Source: a bacterium (lineage in GTDB: Bacteria > Patescibacteriota > Patescibacteriia > UBA1558 > UBA10009). Taken from it: a stretch of DNA of 64,000 nt. The position numbers and the translations under genes were made by a program. Location: assembly GCA_018672055.1 (NCBI GenBank), contig JABHGM010000001.1:72884-136883 (forward strand). Direction: 5' to 3'. This document shows, in pieces, positions 20,001 to 28,888 of the stretch (positions within the stretch are counted from its first letter, which is position 1; each line of letters starts with the position of its first letter). A model generated the notes under the pieces. It was given only the letters and a program-made list of their open reading frames with translations, made no database searches and had not been told where the DNA came from.

Positions 20001-23000
20001 CTTTAGAATACCCTGATAAATTACGTATTCTTTCAACACCTTCAGGATTACCATTTAGATCTAAAAAGTTATATGTTTGTTCTGAATAATCTATACTGGT
20101 TTCTAATTTCAGGCAGTTATCCGGATTATTTGGATCAATCTTTGAACATCTGCCAATATCTAAACAAACCGACGTTGTAACTCCAAATTCATCTTGAACT
20201 TCTATCGAAGAAGTACAGAATAAAGTTTCAGAACATTCTCTGTCTTTAGCAACTTGAATAACTGTATTTGAATTACAATATGCTGAGTCAGAAAAATTAG
20301 TTAAACAACTTTCAGGAACTGTAGGCACATTACCATCTAAAGTTTGTTTAGAGCTATGAGAAATACTAGCTACACTTGTATCATTAAATGGTACACATCC
20401 AGATCCTCTGTCTACAATACCATCGTCGCAATATTCTACTGTATTTGCTTTAGTATAGTATGCTTGGCAAGCAATTGAATAAGTACAGCTACTAGAACCA
20501 GCCGGAGCATAACAAACAGTACTATCTTCTACTTTACAATATTCACCTTCAGTATTTGATATATCATCATCTAAGAAGCAAGTCCAATCATTTTCAGTAT
20601 AAGGGCATGGAATAATACCAAAATCATCACCTGGTAAATCTATAGCTTCGCAAACAAAATGATCAACTCCATTAATATTCTTTTGACAGTAAGTTTTCCC
20701 ATTTAAAGTAATATATTCTTCACTAGCTTCATCCCCACAAACACCCTTCATTTGAGGTGAAATTAAAGCATCACATTGCTGAACGCCATCAATATAAGGA
20801 TTCTCTGGATCTCTGTATTCAGTACAAGAAGAAGCGTAACTTTCACATGTGCCAACCCAACCTTCATAGCCTTCTTGATCAGAGCTTGGCATAAATTTAG
20901 ATGAGCTACATAAATCACCGGAAGAATTAAGCCATTTAGCTTGATTTAAATTATAGGTACAAGTTCTGTCAAAACCATCTTCACTTAAAGCTATTGGATC
21001 GAAATAATAATTCTGACCAGTAAAGTCTCCATTAAACTCTGTACAATAAAGAGCGCTCTCGCTACAAAGCTGTCTTGGATATTCATCAGGATCATTAATT
21101 AAATAAGAAGTATTAAAATCAGTAATATAATTTTCTAAATATGTTTCATAATCACCACCACTATAGTATTCGTTCTGTCTGTCTAAAACAGGTACCCCAA
21201 CCAAAGAGCAACCTTTTTCTGAACACTCTTTACTTGGATCATTAACGATGTATACGATTTCATCATTTTTAACTGTTATATTTTCATAACTACATGAAAA
21301 TTCTCCATCTTGAATTATACATTTCTCAACACCTCTTATACTACAAACATTATCTTCAACAATACCAACAGAACTATTACATAAAGCAGTAAAGACTTCT
21401 TCTTTTTGTTGTGAAGAGTTATGTGTATCTATAAATGCTTCACAACTAATATTATTCGGAGAACAAATATAGTCAAAAGATTTTAAATAATGTATCTCGT
21501 TGTCCCTGTCAGTATATTCTTGGCAATTAAGCTGAGTTCCAACAGTTGGTAAGTCACATATTGCTGGTGTATTCCAAGAATCTTTAACCATGAAAAATTT
21601 ATCACTATATTCTTCCAAAACAATTTCATCAATTACATAAGCCTCTCCTGAACCAATATTATTTATAGCAATACGTATAGTTGGATCTTGAATATTATTA
21701 TTTATTTGTATTGGACCTACTCTATATTCCTGCCAGTTAGAACCTATATCATTGAGTTCAAAATTAACATAATTGGAATAATCAGTATTGTCTACTATAT
21801 ATTTTTGCGAATCAAAAGGAATGCTCATAGCCCAGAAAGTAAGTTCATATTGTTTATTTTCAGAAAAGTTAATTCCATTCAATGTCTTAATTATTGAATT
21901 ATTATCAGTAGCAACAAATAATGAATGCTCACCTACATAAACAGTAGTATTTACATTTGAAAGTCCTTGATTACTATTATCAGTATTATTAAAATCTCCA
22001 ATTGAACCATCTTCAAAGCCATCTTCAAAAACATTAAATATATTATTACCACCACCACCTTTATATTCCTTACATTGATTAGCTAGAGCTGGACAACTTA
22101 CACCTTCAAATGGATCAGCATTAAATATCTGACCTGTTGAAGTTCTTCTATATGGATGACACTCTGAAGAAGCAGTAATAACATATCTTTGATCAATATA
22201 ATATGGATCACCTGAAGAAGTAATAAACTCACGGCAATTTAAATTACCTTCAGGACATGAACTTGACCAGGCTTCAATAGTTTCAGCTGTATCATCGCAA
22301 GTTTGATCAAAATTATTAGAATCATCTGATAAGTTTAAATGTGTACAAGGAGCGCCTGCGAATACACCTCCTGTAATATTATTATTTAACAACTGCCATT
22401 TCTTTAATTGAAAACCTGTAGTATCTGAACCTTCCCAAGTAAAATATGAGCTTATATTAGGACTTGCTTCAGATACACATTGTCTTAAGTATGAAAAATA
22501 TTCTAAACCTTCACCACCACTTGAAACCTCATCTAAATTAGTAAATTGTTCACAACCAACATGCTGGGCACTACATGATTTACCAGTTGATGGTATAAAA
22601 TTTTGAAATGATGACTCAAAAGTAGCATCTTCGATCTCTTCAAAATAAGTACCTAGTTCTAAAAAGTTTTCATAACCAACACATTGATTACTACAAATAT
22701 CTCCACTTGATAATTTTGCTGGAACCTCACTACCACCTAAAACCGGTGTATAGCCTTCACAACCAACGTCTGCTTGAGAACAATAATTTACATACTGGTC
22801 ACATTCAGGATTATCTGAGCTACAATCTAAATATTCAGGTTGCACTTTTAGACGGGTTGATGAATGAGCAGTAGTATCACTATATGCTGGAATATATTGA
22901 TCTGAATCAATACTATAACCTTCTGTATTATCCTCTACAATAGGTGATCTGAGTATTACTAATTGTATATCATCTAACTTAGTATTAGATGACGAACCTG

Positions 23001-25467
23001 AATTTAAACTAAAATCTAATTTAATAAACTTTGATGAAACAGCTAAGCTATTATTTGTTGCTGAGCCAATTTCATATTCTTTAGTAGTAAAATCATCTGA
23101 TACAGTAATAGCACCTGATGATAAATCAGTTGAACCATTAGATGAGCCTGGTTGACCACTAGCTAAAGCTACATATTCAGTTATTGATAAAGTAGATGTA
23201 ACTTCTTGATCTGACTTTATCTTGTAACTTACATGATATGCATATTCTGAACTAACTGGTATATAACCAGAATTAAATAATTGACAACTAGCGCCAGATA
23301 TATTCATCTGACCAGCTTCAACATTAAATAGACATTGATTGCCTGTTTCCCAGCCTGAAGATATACCAAAAGCGAAATTACCATTTTCAACTAAATTAAT
23401 ACCTGGCTTTAAAAGAATTAATTCCCGACAACCAGCATTACTTGGTGAGCATTGAGAAGCTTGATTATTTAAATATATACGATCAGTTTTTGACCACTCA
23501 TCTGCTACTTTATTTGTAGAATACCAAGAACATCCGGCCTCGCTCTGATCACATTCAAGTAAAGTATCCCTTAAATATGAAACACTTGTGTTAGTAGTAA
23601 CATTAGTAAAAGTTTCACATGAGTTATAATAATCTTCACATGATTCACCTTCAAATCTCCAAACTGATTTTTCTTCTACACAATAACCATAATTTTTACA
23701 GCTACCATCATCATTGTATGAAATACAACTCTTCCAATCACCACAATAATCCCCAGCTCTTATTACAGTTCTAACTGGAATATCAGGAAATTCTGCACCA
23801 GCATCACAATACGGAGTTTCGATTGGAGAATTATCTATATTAGTACCTACTACATTATTTTCTGAACACTGTATTTCATCTTGATATAGCTCAGTGCCAA
23901 AACCTTGTTTTTCACAATAAGTTTTAGGTGATTTCAAAACCCAATTTGGATCAACTAAATGATAGAATGGATTAAAATCAAAAACAAAAGATTCATCTAA
24001 ATCACCCTCTTCAAATAATCTATCTTCTGTATTAGGCCTCTGCCCATTACTATTTGTATCTTCTCTACAATCTTTTGGATAATGAGCATCATTAGGGTGT
24101 AGCGGATCTTCAAAACAATCAATTAAATAACTTAAATTAATAGTGTCTTTCTCACCGTACCTAGAATTGTACATAGCTGCTAATTCCCAACCAACAGGTA
24201 TTATTCTATGAGTTCTAAGGATTACTAAACTCCTGTATGGCAAACCTTCTCTATAGCTTGGCTGAGTTGTTTTATCACTATTAAAACCAAAGACAGCATC
24301 TTTGTTAATATCACCATCATTTATTGCTTGAATTAATGTCTTATTACCTCTAATTGCTCCAGCCATGCCATTAGTAATTACCTCAGCTGTAGGTCCTGCT
24401 ATATCTGTTATCTTAGGTAAAACTAATTTATCAATAACACTTACCTCACCAGATGTAAAACTTACTTCAGCTAATTCACCAAATTGTTTTTGTCCTCCAC
24501 CGCTATACCTACCCCCAGATCTAACTATAAAATTAGCAAAAGAAGTAACTCTGCTACCACTATCAAAACCTTTCTTAAATAGAGTATCCATCCACTTAGA
24601 CATTAAAGTGTTAGTGAAAGTTGATAAGAAAGCATCAACAATTTCACCAGTATAAGTAAGTTCTACTTCGCCTGTTTTTTCATCAACAGATCTAAAATGA
24701 TTACCTAGTAATACAGCAGGTGTTTTAATAGTTCTAGTTATAGGAGAAGTAATATCTTTTAAACCTTGATTAACAGTTCGTTCTAAAGCAGCATTAACTC
24801 TAGCTTCTTCTTGCTCTTCCAAAATATTTGTTTGTAAAGTTAAATAAATACCTAAATCATTTTGTTCTGGTTGAAACTGCGCTTTAATACCTGAAGTGAA
24901 TTGACTTGGATCTTCACCAACATCTCTAATCCATTGATCCCAATTATCCTTAATCTCTGACCATTTACATCGTGCTTTCGGTATATTAGTTCCTTCACCA
25001 GTTGTGGAACCAGGTCCCAATTCTCTAAATAATGAATAGTGAATATTAAATTTAACAGTAGGTCCTTGTAATCCTGCTGGATTACAAACATCAAAATCAG
25101 TCCAATCCTGAGTTAGCTCATCCATAAATGTGCCAAGAGCAGCATCACCAGCTGCACTGGTAGCATCTTGAAAATTCTTGCCTTCAAATAGAGGTTCTTG
25201 TCCTCTACCACCAGTAGCAATGTATGTTGCAGTATCATAGGCAACCTGACTTAAAAATACTTTAGCACCTTGCTTAAAAGCAGTACCAATAGCTGATTCT
25301 TTAAACCATTCAGCAAATTTTTGGACACTTTCTACAGTTCTTTGAGCAAAAGCAGGAAAATCAGTTACAGCTTGAGCTCTTGGAACATTACTAAAAATAA
25401 AAACTCCTAAAAATAAGATTAAAACACTTAGGAGTATAAATTTTTGAAATAATGTTTTTTTCATCAT
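17062..25467 (-). CDS. Giant (2801 aa) secreted Cys-rich surface protein
   Basis: Signal peptide (MMKKTLFQKFILLSVLILFLGVFIFSNVPRAQA). ~480-aa Cys-poor N-terminal domain, then >2000 aa with frequent paired Cys and Asn/Ser/Thr/Gly-rich segments. Single uninterrupted ORF of 8.4 kb. Confidence 0.7.
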   Translation of the reverse strand: MMKKTLFQKFILLSVLILFLGVFIFSNVPRAQAVTDFPAFAQRTVESVQKFAEWFKESAIGTAFKQGAKVFLSQVAYDTATYIATGGRGQEPLFEGKNFQDATSAAGDAALGTFMDELTQDWTDFDVCNPAGLQGPTVKFNIHYSLFRELGPGSTTGEGTNIPKARCKWSEIKDNWDQWIRDVGEDPSQFTSGIKAQFQPEQNDLGIYLTLQTNILEEQEEARVNAALERTVNQGLKDITSPITRTIKTPAVLLGNHFRSVDEKTGEVELTYTGEIVDAFLSTFTNTLMSKWMDTLFKKGFDSGSRVTSFANFIVRSGGRYSGGGQKQFGELAEVSFTSGEVSVIDKLVLPKITDIAGPTAEVITNGMAGAIRGNKTLIQAINDGDINKDAVFGFNSDKTTQPSYREGLPYRSLVILRTHRIIPVGWELAAMYNSRYGEKDTINLSYLIDCFEDPLHPNDAHYPKDCREDTNSNGQRPNTEDRLFEEGDLDESFVFDFNPFYHLVDPNWVLKSPKTYCEKQGFGTELYQDEIQCSENNVVGTNIDNSPIETPYCDAGAEFPDIPVRTVIRAGDYCGDWKSCISYNDDGSCKNYGYCVEEKSVWRFEGESCEDYYNSCETFTNVTTNTSVSYLRDTLLECDQSEAGCSWYSTNKVADEWSKTDRIYLNNQASQCSPSNAGCRELILLKPGINLVENGNFAFGISSGWETGNQCLFNVEAGQMNISGASCQLFNSGYIPVSSEYAYHVSYKIKSDQEVTSTLSITEYVALASGQPGSSNGSTDLSSGAITVSDDFTTKEYEIGSATNNSLAVSSKFIKLDFSLNSGSSSNTKLDDIQLVILRSPIVEDNTEGYSIDSDQYIPAYSDTTAHSSTRLKVQPEYLDCSSDNPECDQYVNYCSQADVGCEGYTPVLGGSEVPAKLSSGDICSNQCVGYENFLELGTYFEEIEDATFESSFQNFIPSTGKSCSAQHVGCEQFTNLDEVSSGGEGLEYFSYLRQCVSEASPNISSYFTWEGSDTTGFQLKKWQLLNNNITGGVFAGAPCTHLNLSDDSNNFDQTCDDTAETIEAWSSSCPEGNLNCREFITSSGDPYYIDQRYVITASSECHPYRRTSTGQIFNADPFEGVSCPALANQCKEYKGGGGNNIFNVFEDGFEDGSIGDFNNTDNSNQGLSNVNTTVYVGEHSLFVATDNNSIIKTLNGINFSENKQYELTFWAMSIPFDSQKYIVDNTDYSNYVNFELNDIGSNWQEYRVGPIQINNNIQDPTIRIAINNIGSGEAYVIDEIVLEEYSDKFFMVKDSWNTPAICDLPTVGTQLNCQEYTDRDNEIHYLKSFDYICSPNNISCEAFIDTHNSSQQKEEVFTALCNSSVGIVEDNVCSIRGVEKCIIQDGEFSCSYENITVKNDEIVYIVNDPSKECSEKGCSLVGVPVLDRQNEYYSGGDYETYLENYITDFNTSYLINDPDEYPRQLCSESALYCTEFNGDFTGQNYYFDPIALSEDGFDRTCTYNLNQAKWLNSSGDLCSSSKFMPSSDQEGYEGWVGTCESYASSCTEYRDPENPYIDGVQQCDALISPQMKGVCGDEASEEYITLNGKTYCQKNINGVDHFVCEAIDLPGDDFGIIPCPYTENDWTCFLDDDISNTEGEYCKVEDSTVCYAPAGSSSCTYSIACQAYYTKANTVEYCDDGIVDRGSGCVPFNDTSVASISHSSKQTLDGNVPTVPESCLTNFSDSAYCNSNTVIQVAKDRECSETLFCTSSIEVQDEFGVTTSVCLDIGRCSKIDPNNPDNCLKLETSIDYSEQTYNFLDLNGNPEGVERIRNLSGYSKAGLIWNTDKVIAGYYPPELMLETGRSVAISNSSFELIDSVSGLSSWQFGEEEYCNYGIENNNLNVYDGTYSLSVDLSQSVVGEDGNFNCSVVNQSQISIDPNMQYNLSFYAKSSNGSQKIKVGLTWLDGSGDELSNSLEIFTPNVNWQRFLISYEPSESNSEIIIPDGAVAARITIDAPTTEESGGTGLVWFDKFSIEPGLFVSDDKLLTKDCRLYPTDNAPSCNYSDLKQYNGWHGYCLEYDPNNQEACIQWYPVDNISGESLISLGDSATSYYTGPMPLYYCLESTSHYKETIYNGNQCWNWGSNMQCGYDGFEWSTEYIEVSNEEHEWYYPGEDYTSFYTDGDNQEIWNIKRSDIHKIEARTISNGGDKQFPNPGETFTLLEWSDDNSLFFAYCRNSVETDPDKWNNEDGSCDSSGEERVGVKVKFDINGNIEEIEHYGHDDDGDGNNQDTWGYQLIFHLKESCSYLVKTVKDTSESGQKEKAWFTRYNNNWDFDEGNEMGYMKSNMVEDSYLYGSVSEPSAGDPYSWNSIDNPAVPLNIHSGSNSNIPNGSYEPEIFARGGLPFSTYTGHSVSNRECLGGFNEGNTCINSSECEDDSGADLSGICIGVGDYCYNSANISNGQACNASIECFDSKYPTCRKPILATNRMCYTDSTSGVTNNQICATDLDCPQVQEYNTCSEIQSSNNGVLYCLNASGETEYTECADSEDNADNDICTEDGELDYVTCGNLTDTSSFLCTNADGNTNNTSCDIANGNQDCLNQTLYPVCLGEPLELADVLRDRVLNLFAEVYGVYKWEDGHYEDVTDDFDDADGKISVVEEEGVAPQVTNIELNDSSGVITLTAPGGAVNLSFNTIMGNPDQLPIEEILIKWNDGPSPSDIQSFSGPINNRPQESSPHKVKHVYSCVTNTEGDRCSKCWDTNIENWIDADDGICYYSGPTISVKDHWGWCSSGIYGNERCDLGSSPQFNGQIQIIPR

Positions 25468-25468
25468 G

Positions 25469-26275
25469 TTATTGATTTAACAATGTTTGAGTTTCGCCTA
25501 AAGCTTCTTGCCAAATTAAAGTTAATTCTTCATCAGTTAATTGATTCACTTCCTCTGGATTAATACCTTGATCTATTAAAACCTGCTTTATTTCATCTGG
25601 ACTCAAATCCATACTATAACCAGAAATTAAGTTTGAAAACTGATCACCTTGATCAATACTACCAAGTGTTTGTTCAAAAGTTTCACGTAAAGTTCTGTCA
25701 TCAAGTGAAGCTACTTGTTCAGGTGACGCTCCTTGTTGAATGAGCAAAGCTCTAAGCTCTTCATTGGTTAAATTCGTTAAATCTTCAGATAAAGTTTCTT
25801 CTGAAGCAACCGGCGAACTACAAACAGCTCCTCTTGGACAATTTGGATCATAACCATTAGTAATTTCCTCAGAATCATTAAAACCATCGGAGTCAGTATC
25901 TTCTAAATAAGGTGATGTATTATATAAATAAAGCTCATCATAATCTGATAAACCATCAAAATCAGTATCTTGAACTTGCAGTTGAACTAAATCTTGAACA
26001 TCATCACTAACTTCACCAGTAACAGCAATTTTATCTGTATCATTAATTAAAAATGGCAGCTTTATACTATTTGCCCATTGCATGGCTGAAGCAACTACAG
26101 CTATGAGTGCAAAAACTGCCAGCAAAAGGAAGATTCCAACTGGTTTTTTTTCTTCTTTTTTTTCAATAATTTGAGGTTCTAAAAAAGAAATATCATCACT
26201 GTGCTTATCCTGATTTTCATCAAAATCTGCACGATAATTTTCTGTATTTTCGGGCATAAAATTAGTCAATTTCAT
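25469..26275 (-). CDS. Membrane-anchored protein with thrombospondin-type-3-like Ca-binding repeats
   Basis: Single TM (GIFLLLAVFALIAVVASAM). DTDFDGLSDYDE and DTDSDGFNDSEE DxDxDG motifs. 1-nt gap to the giant gene. Confidence 0.55.
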   Translation of the reverse strand: MKLTNFMPENTENYRADFDENQDKHSDDISFLEPQIIEKKEEKKPVGIFLLLAVFALIAVVASAMQWANSIKLPFLINDTDKIAVTGEVSDDVQDLVQLQVQDTDFDGLSDYDELYLYNTSPYLEDTDSDGFNDSEEITNGYDPNCPRGAVCSSPVASEETLSEDLTNLTNEELRALLIQQGASPEQVASLDDRTLRETFEQTLGSIDQGDQFSNLISGYSMDLSPDEIKQVLIDQGINPEEVNQLTDEELTLIWQEALGETQTLLNQ

Positions 26276-26296
26276 AACTAATTATATCAGAATTTG

Positions 26297-27142
26297 CTAC
26301 TTATCGTCAATAAATAACTCTTGATAACTTTTAGCTAATTTTAGCCAATCACCTATCTTTAAATCCTGAGCCCTAATTTTTTTACTGAGACATGATTTAT
26401 TAAAAATCTTACTAGTTAATTCATCACTTACATGTAAGCTATTCTTAATATTATTATGTAATTGTTTTCGTTTTGCACTAAAACCAGATTTAACAACTTG
26501 CCAAAAAACTTTCTCTGAAACTATATCTTCAAATTCATACTTTCTGATATTTTTTATATGTAAAATAGCCGAATCAATCTTAGGTACTGGATAAAAACTA
26601 TCTTTTTGTACAATTTCTTCTATTGTAGGATCGCCATAAAGTTGAATGGAAATAGCCAATAAACTCATACTTCCAGGTTTAGCTACTATTCTTTCAGCTA
26701 CTTCTTTTTGAATTAAAACAGTAATAGTAGTAGGTTTTAACTCTAAGTTCAAAAAGATTTTAAAAAATCTTGAAGTAATACTATATGGTAAATTAGCAAC
26801 TATCTTGTAATCAGTAGATTTTAAATCATTTAGATCAAGTTTTAAAATATCTTTATTTATTATCTCTAGATTATTATGAAGTTTAGCAAATTCATTCAAA
26901 GGTTTAATTAAATTAGTATCAAGTTCAACTGCTACAACTCTTTTTACTTTCTTAAGAAGCTCTAATGTTAGAAAGCCAAAACCAGGACCTGCTTCTAAAA
27001 CTAAATCATCTTTCTCTAACTGAGCCACTTCAACCATTCTATCTAAAACATTTTGATCAATACAAAAATTCTGTCCTTTTAATTTATTAGGTCTTACATG
27101 ATTTACTTTTAATAAGTAATCTAATTCATCGAGTAAACTCAT
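26297..27142 (-). CDS. rsmA: 16S rRNA (adenine1518/1519-N6)-dimethyltransferase
   Basis: GQNFCIDQNVLDRMV and EAGPGFGFLT motifs (KsgA family). Confidence 0.85.
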   Translation of the reverse strand: MSLLDELDYLLKVNHVRPNKLKGQNFCIDQNVLDRMVEVAQLEKDDLVLEAGPGFGFLTLELLKKVKRVVAVELDTNLIKPLNEFAKLHNNLEIINKDILKLDLNDLKSTDYKIVANLPYSITSRFFKIFLNLELKPTTITVLIQKEVAERIVAKPGSMSLLAISIQLYGDPTIEEIVQKDSFYPVPKIDSAILHIKNIRKYEFEDIVSEKVFWQVVKSGFSAKRKQLHNNIKNSLHVSDELTSKIFNKSCLSKKIRAQDLKIGDWLKLAKSYQELFIDDK

Positions 27143-27717
27143 AATTTAATTGCTCCTCTTCTTAATATTTTAAGCTTGTTATCTACAGAAACGATTGTAG
27201 AAACTTTTGATTTCTTAAGTGACCCTGCATCAATAATTAAATCAGGTTTAATCCTATTATTCTTAAATTGTTTAATAATATCATCTACTTTAAAACAATT
27301 AGTTTTTCCAGAAATATTAGCACTAGTTGATATTATAGGGACTTTAAGTTTTTTAACTAAAGACAGAGTAAATTTATTTGAAGTTTTTCTTAAAGCTAAA
27401 GTCTTTCCTTGTTTAGTCTCTAAAACTAAAGTTAAAGGTCCTGGCCAATACTTACGAGCTAATTTTAAGGCTAATTTATTAAATTTAACATATTCTTTAG
27501 CCATACTAAGACTACTAACGATAATTGGTAATTCTTTACTAGATCCCCTGCCCTTTATCTTATATATCTTATTTGTAGCTTTTTTATTTAAAAAATCAGC
27601 CCCTAATGCGTAAGCTGTTTCAGTAGGATAAACTATAACCCCACCTTTTTTTAAAATAGAAATAGCTTGTTTAATTATTTCCGCTTGATTGTTCTTATCT
27701 AATACTAGCCTTTTCAT
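27139..27717 (-). CDS. tsaC: L-threonylcarbamoyladenylate synthase (TsaC/YrdC/Sua5 family)
   Basis: YPTETAYALGAD motif and YrdC-like fold length (192 aa). Confidence 0.8.
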   Translation of the reverse strand: MKRLVLDKNNQAEIIKQAISILKKGGVIVYPTETAYALGADFLNKKATNKIYKIKGRGSSKELPIIVSSLSMAKEYVKFNKLALKLARKYWPGPLTLVLETKQGKTLALRKTSNKFTLSLVKKLKVPIISTSANISGKTNCFKVDDIIKQFKNNRIKPDLIIDAGSLKKSKVSTIVSVDNKLKILRRGAIKL

Positions 27718-28888
27718 GTAAACTATTTTTAGGAAGTAAATTAACTAATAATGAAGCCATAGCAGCTAAGAAGAAGGCAACATTAATTGAGACAAAATTA
27801 AGCATTATTAATATTAAAATCATAATAATTACTCTGCCAGTTTGTAAATACATTTCACGAAGGGTTGAATACTCATCGACAAAATGACCAGCATCTGCAG
27901 CTTTTTCATACATAAGTGCATCAAAAGGAGTTCTAAGAATTATTAAGGCAAAGTTATGATAAGTAGAGGCTAAAAATATATGAAAAGCTGAGGTAATAAA
28001 TATTTTTACAATCCAGCCAAAAGAATATAATATAGAACCAATTTTCATTAATTTTCTCTTGCTAAATTTATCAGTAAAATCACCCATGACTAGCCTGACA
28101 ACAACAGCAACTAAAGTAACAAGTGAAGCAATAAGACCAACTGATAAATACTCACCATTTAAAAGTTGCCACATAAAGATAGGCCATAAAACAGCTCCAA
28201 CAAAATTCTCTGCTCCATCACCCATATAGGCTATCATCATTTTACGATTATCTTTCTTAAAAAATTCTTTCCAACATTGTTTATGAGACCAAGTAAATTT
28301 TACATTGATTTTTGGTACAAAAAGGAGTGGTATAATACCAACTAATATTAAAATAATTACAATAATAAATACCATTTGAAAACCAAATGATTTAATAAGT
28401 AGAGCAGAAACAAATGGAATAATAATACCAAGTAGTGAAGTAAATGAATCTAGAATACTAATTTGTTTACCTCTATTTTTTTTATCTGATAACTTAGTAA
28501 ATTCAGTATGATATGGTACCCAATAAAGCATCCTGTATACAGTAATAAAAAGAAGAGACAAAACTGTAAATACAACAATATCAGTTTCAAAAAAGTATAA
28601 ACTAGCGAAATAACCAGCTAGAAATGGAAAGGCCCAAATAATAGAATTGCGTATTCCAATATAATTCATAAATATAGCACCAGGAGTAGCTGTAAATATG
28701 TATAAACCAAAAGATATTAAATAATATACAATAACTTTTTCTAAACTTTGATATTGAATTAACAAATAAACTGGTAAAAATAATCCTACAAAACCACCAG
28801 CAATTAGTAATATAGATCGTGAGGTATATAAAGAAGCTAAACCAGGAGGTAATAAATGACCTTTCTTATAATCCTCTATTATTTTCAT
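27695..28888 (-). CDS. Polytopic membrane transporter (MFS-like), hypothetical
   Basis: ~12 hydrophobic segments over 397 aa. No diagnostic motif recognised. Confidence 0.4.
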   Translation of the reverse strand: MKIIEDYKKGHLLPPGLASLYTSRSILLIAGGFVGLFLPVYLLIQYQSLEKVIVYYLISFGLYIFTATPGAIFMNYIGIRNSIIWAFPFLAGYFASLYFFETDIVVFTVLSLLFITVYRMLYWVPYHTEFTKLSDKKNRGKQISILDSFTSLLGIIIPFVSALLIKSFGFQMVFIIVIILILVGIIPLLFVPKINVKFTWSHKQCWKEFFKKDNRKMMIAYMGDGAENFVGAVLWPIFMWQLLNGEYLSVGLIASLVTLVAVVVRLVMGDFTDKFSKRKLMKIGSILYSFGWIVKIFITSAFHIFLASTYHNFALIILRTPFDALMYEKAADAGHFVDEYSTLREMYLQTGRVIIMILILIMLNFVSINVAFFLAAMASLLVNLLPKNSLHEKASIR

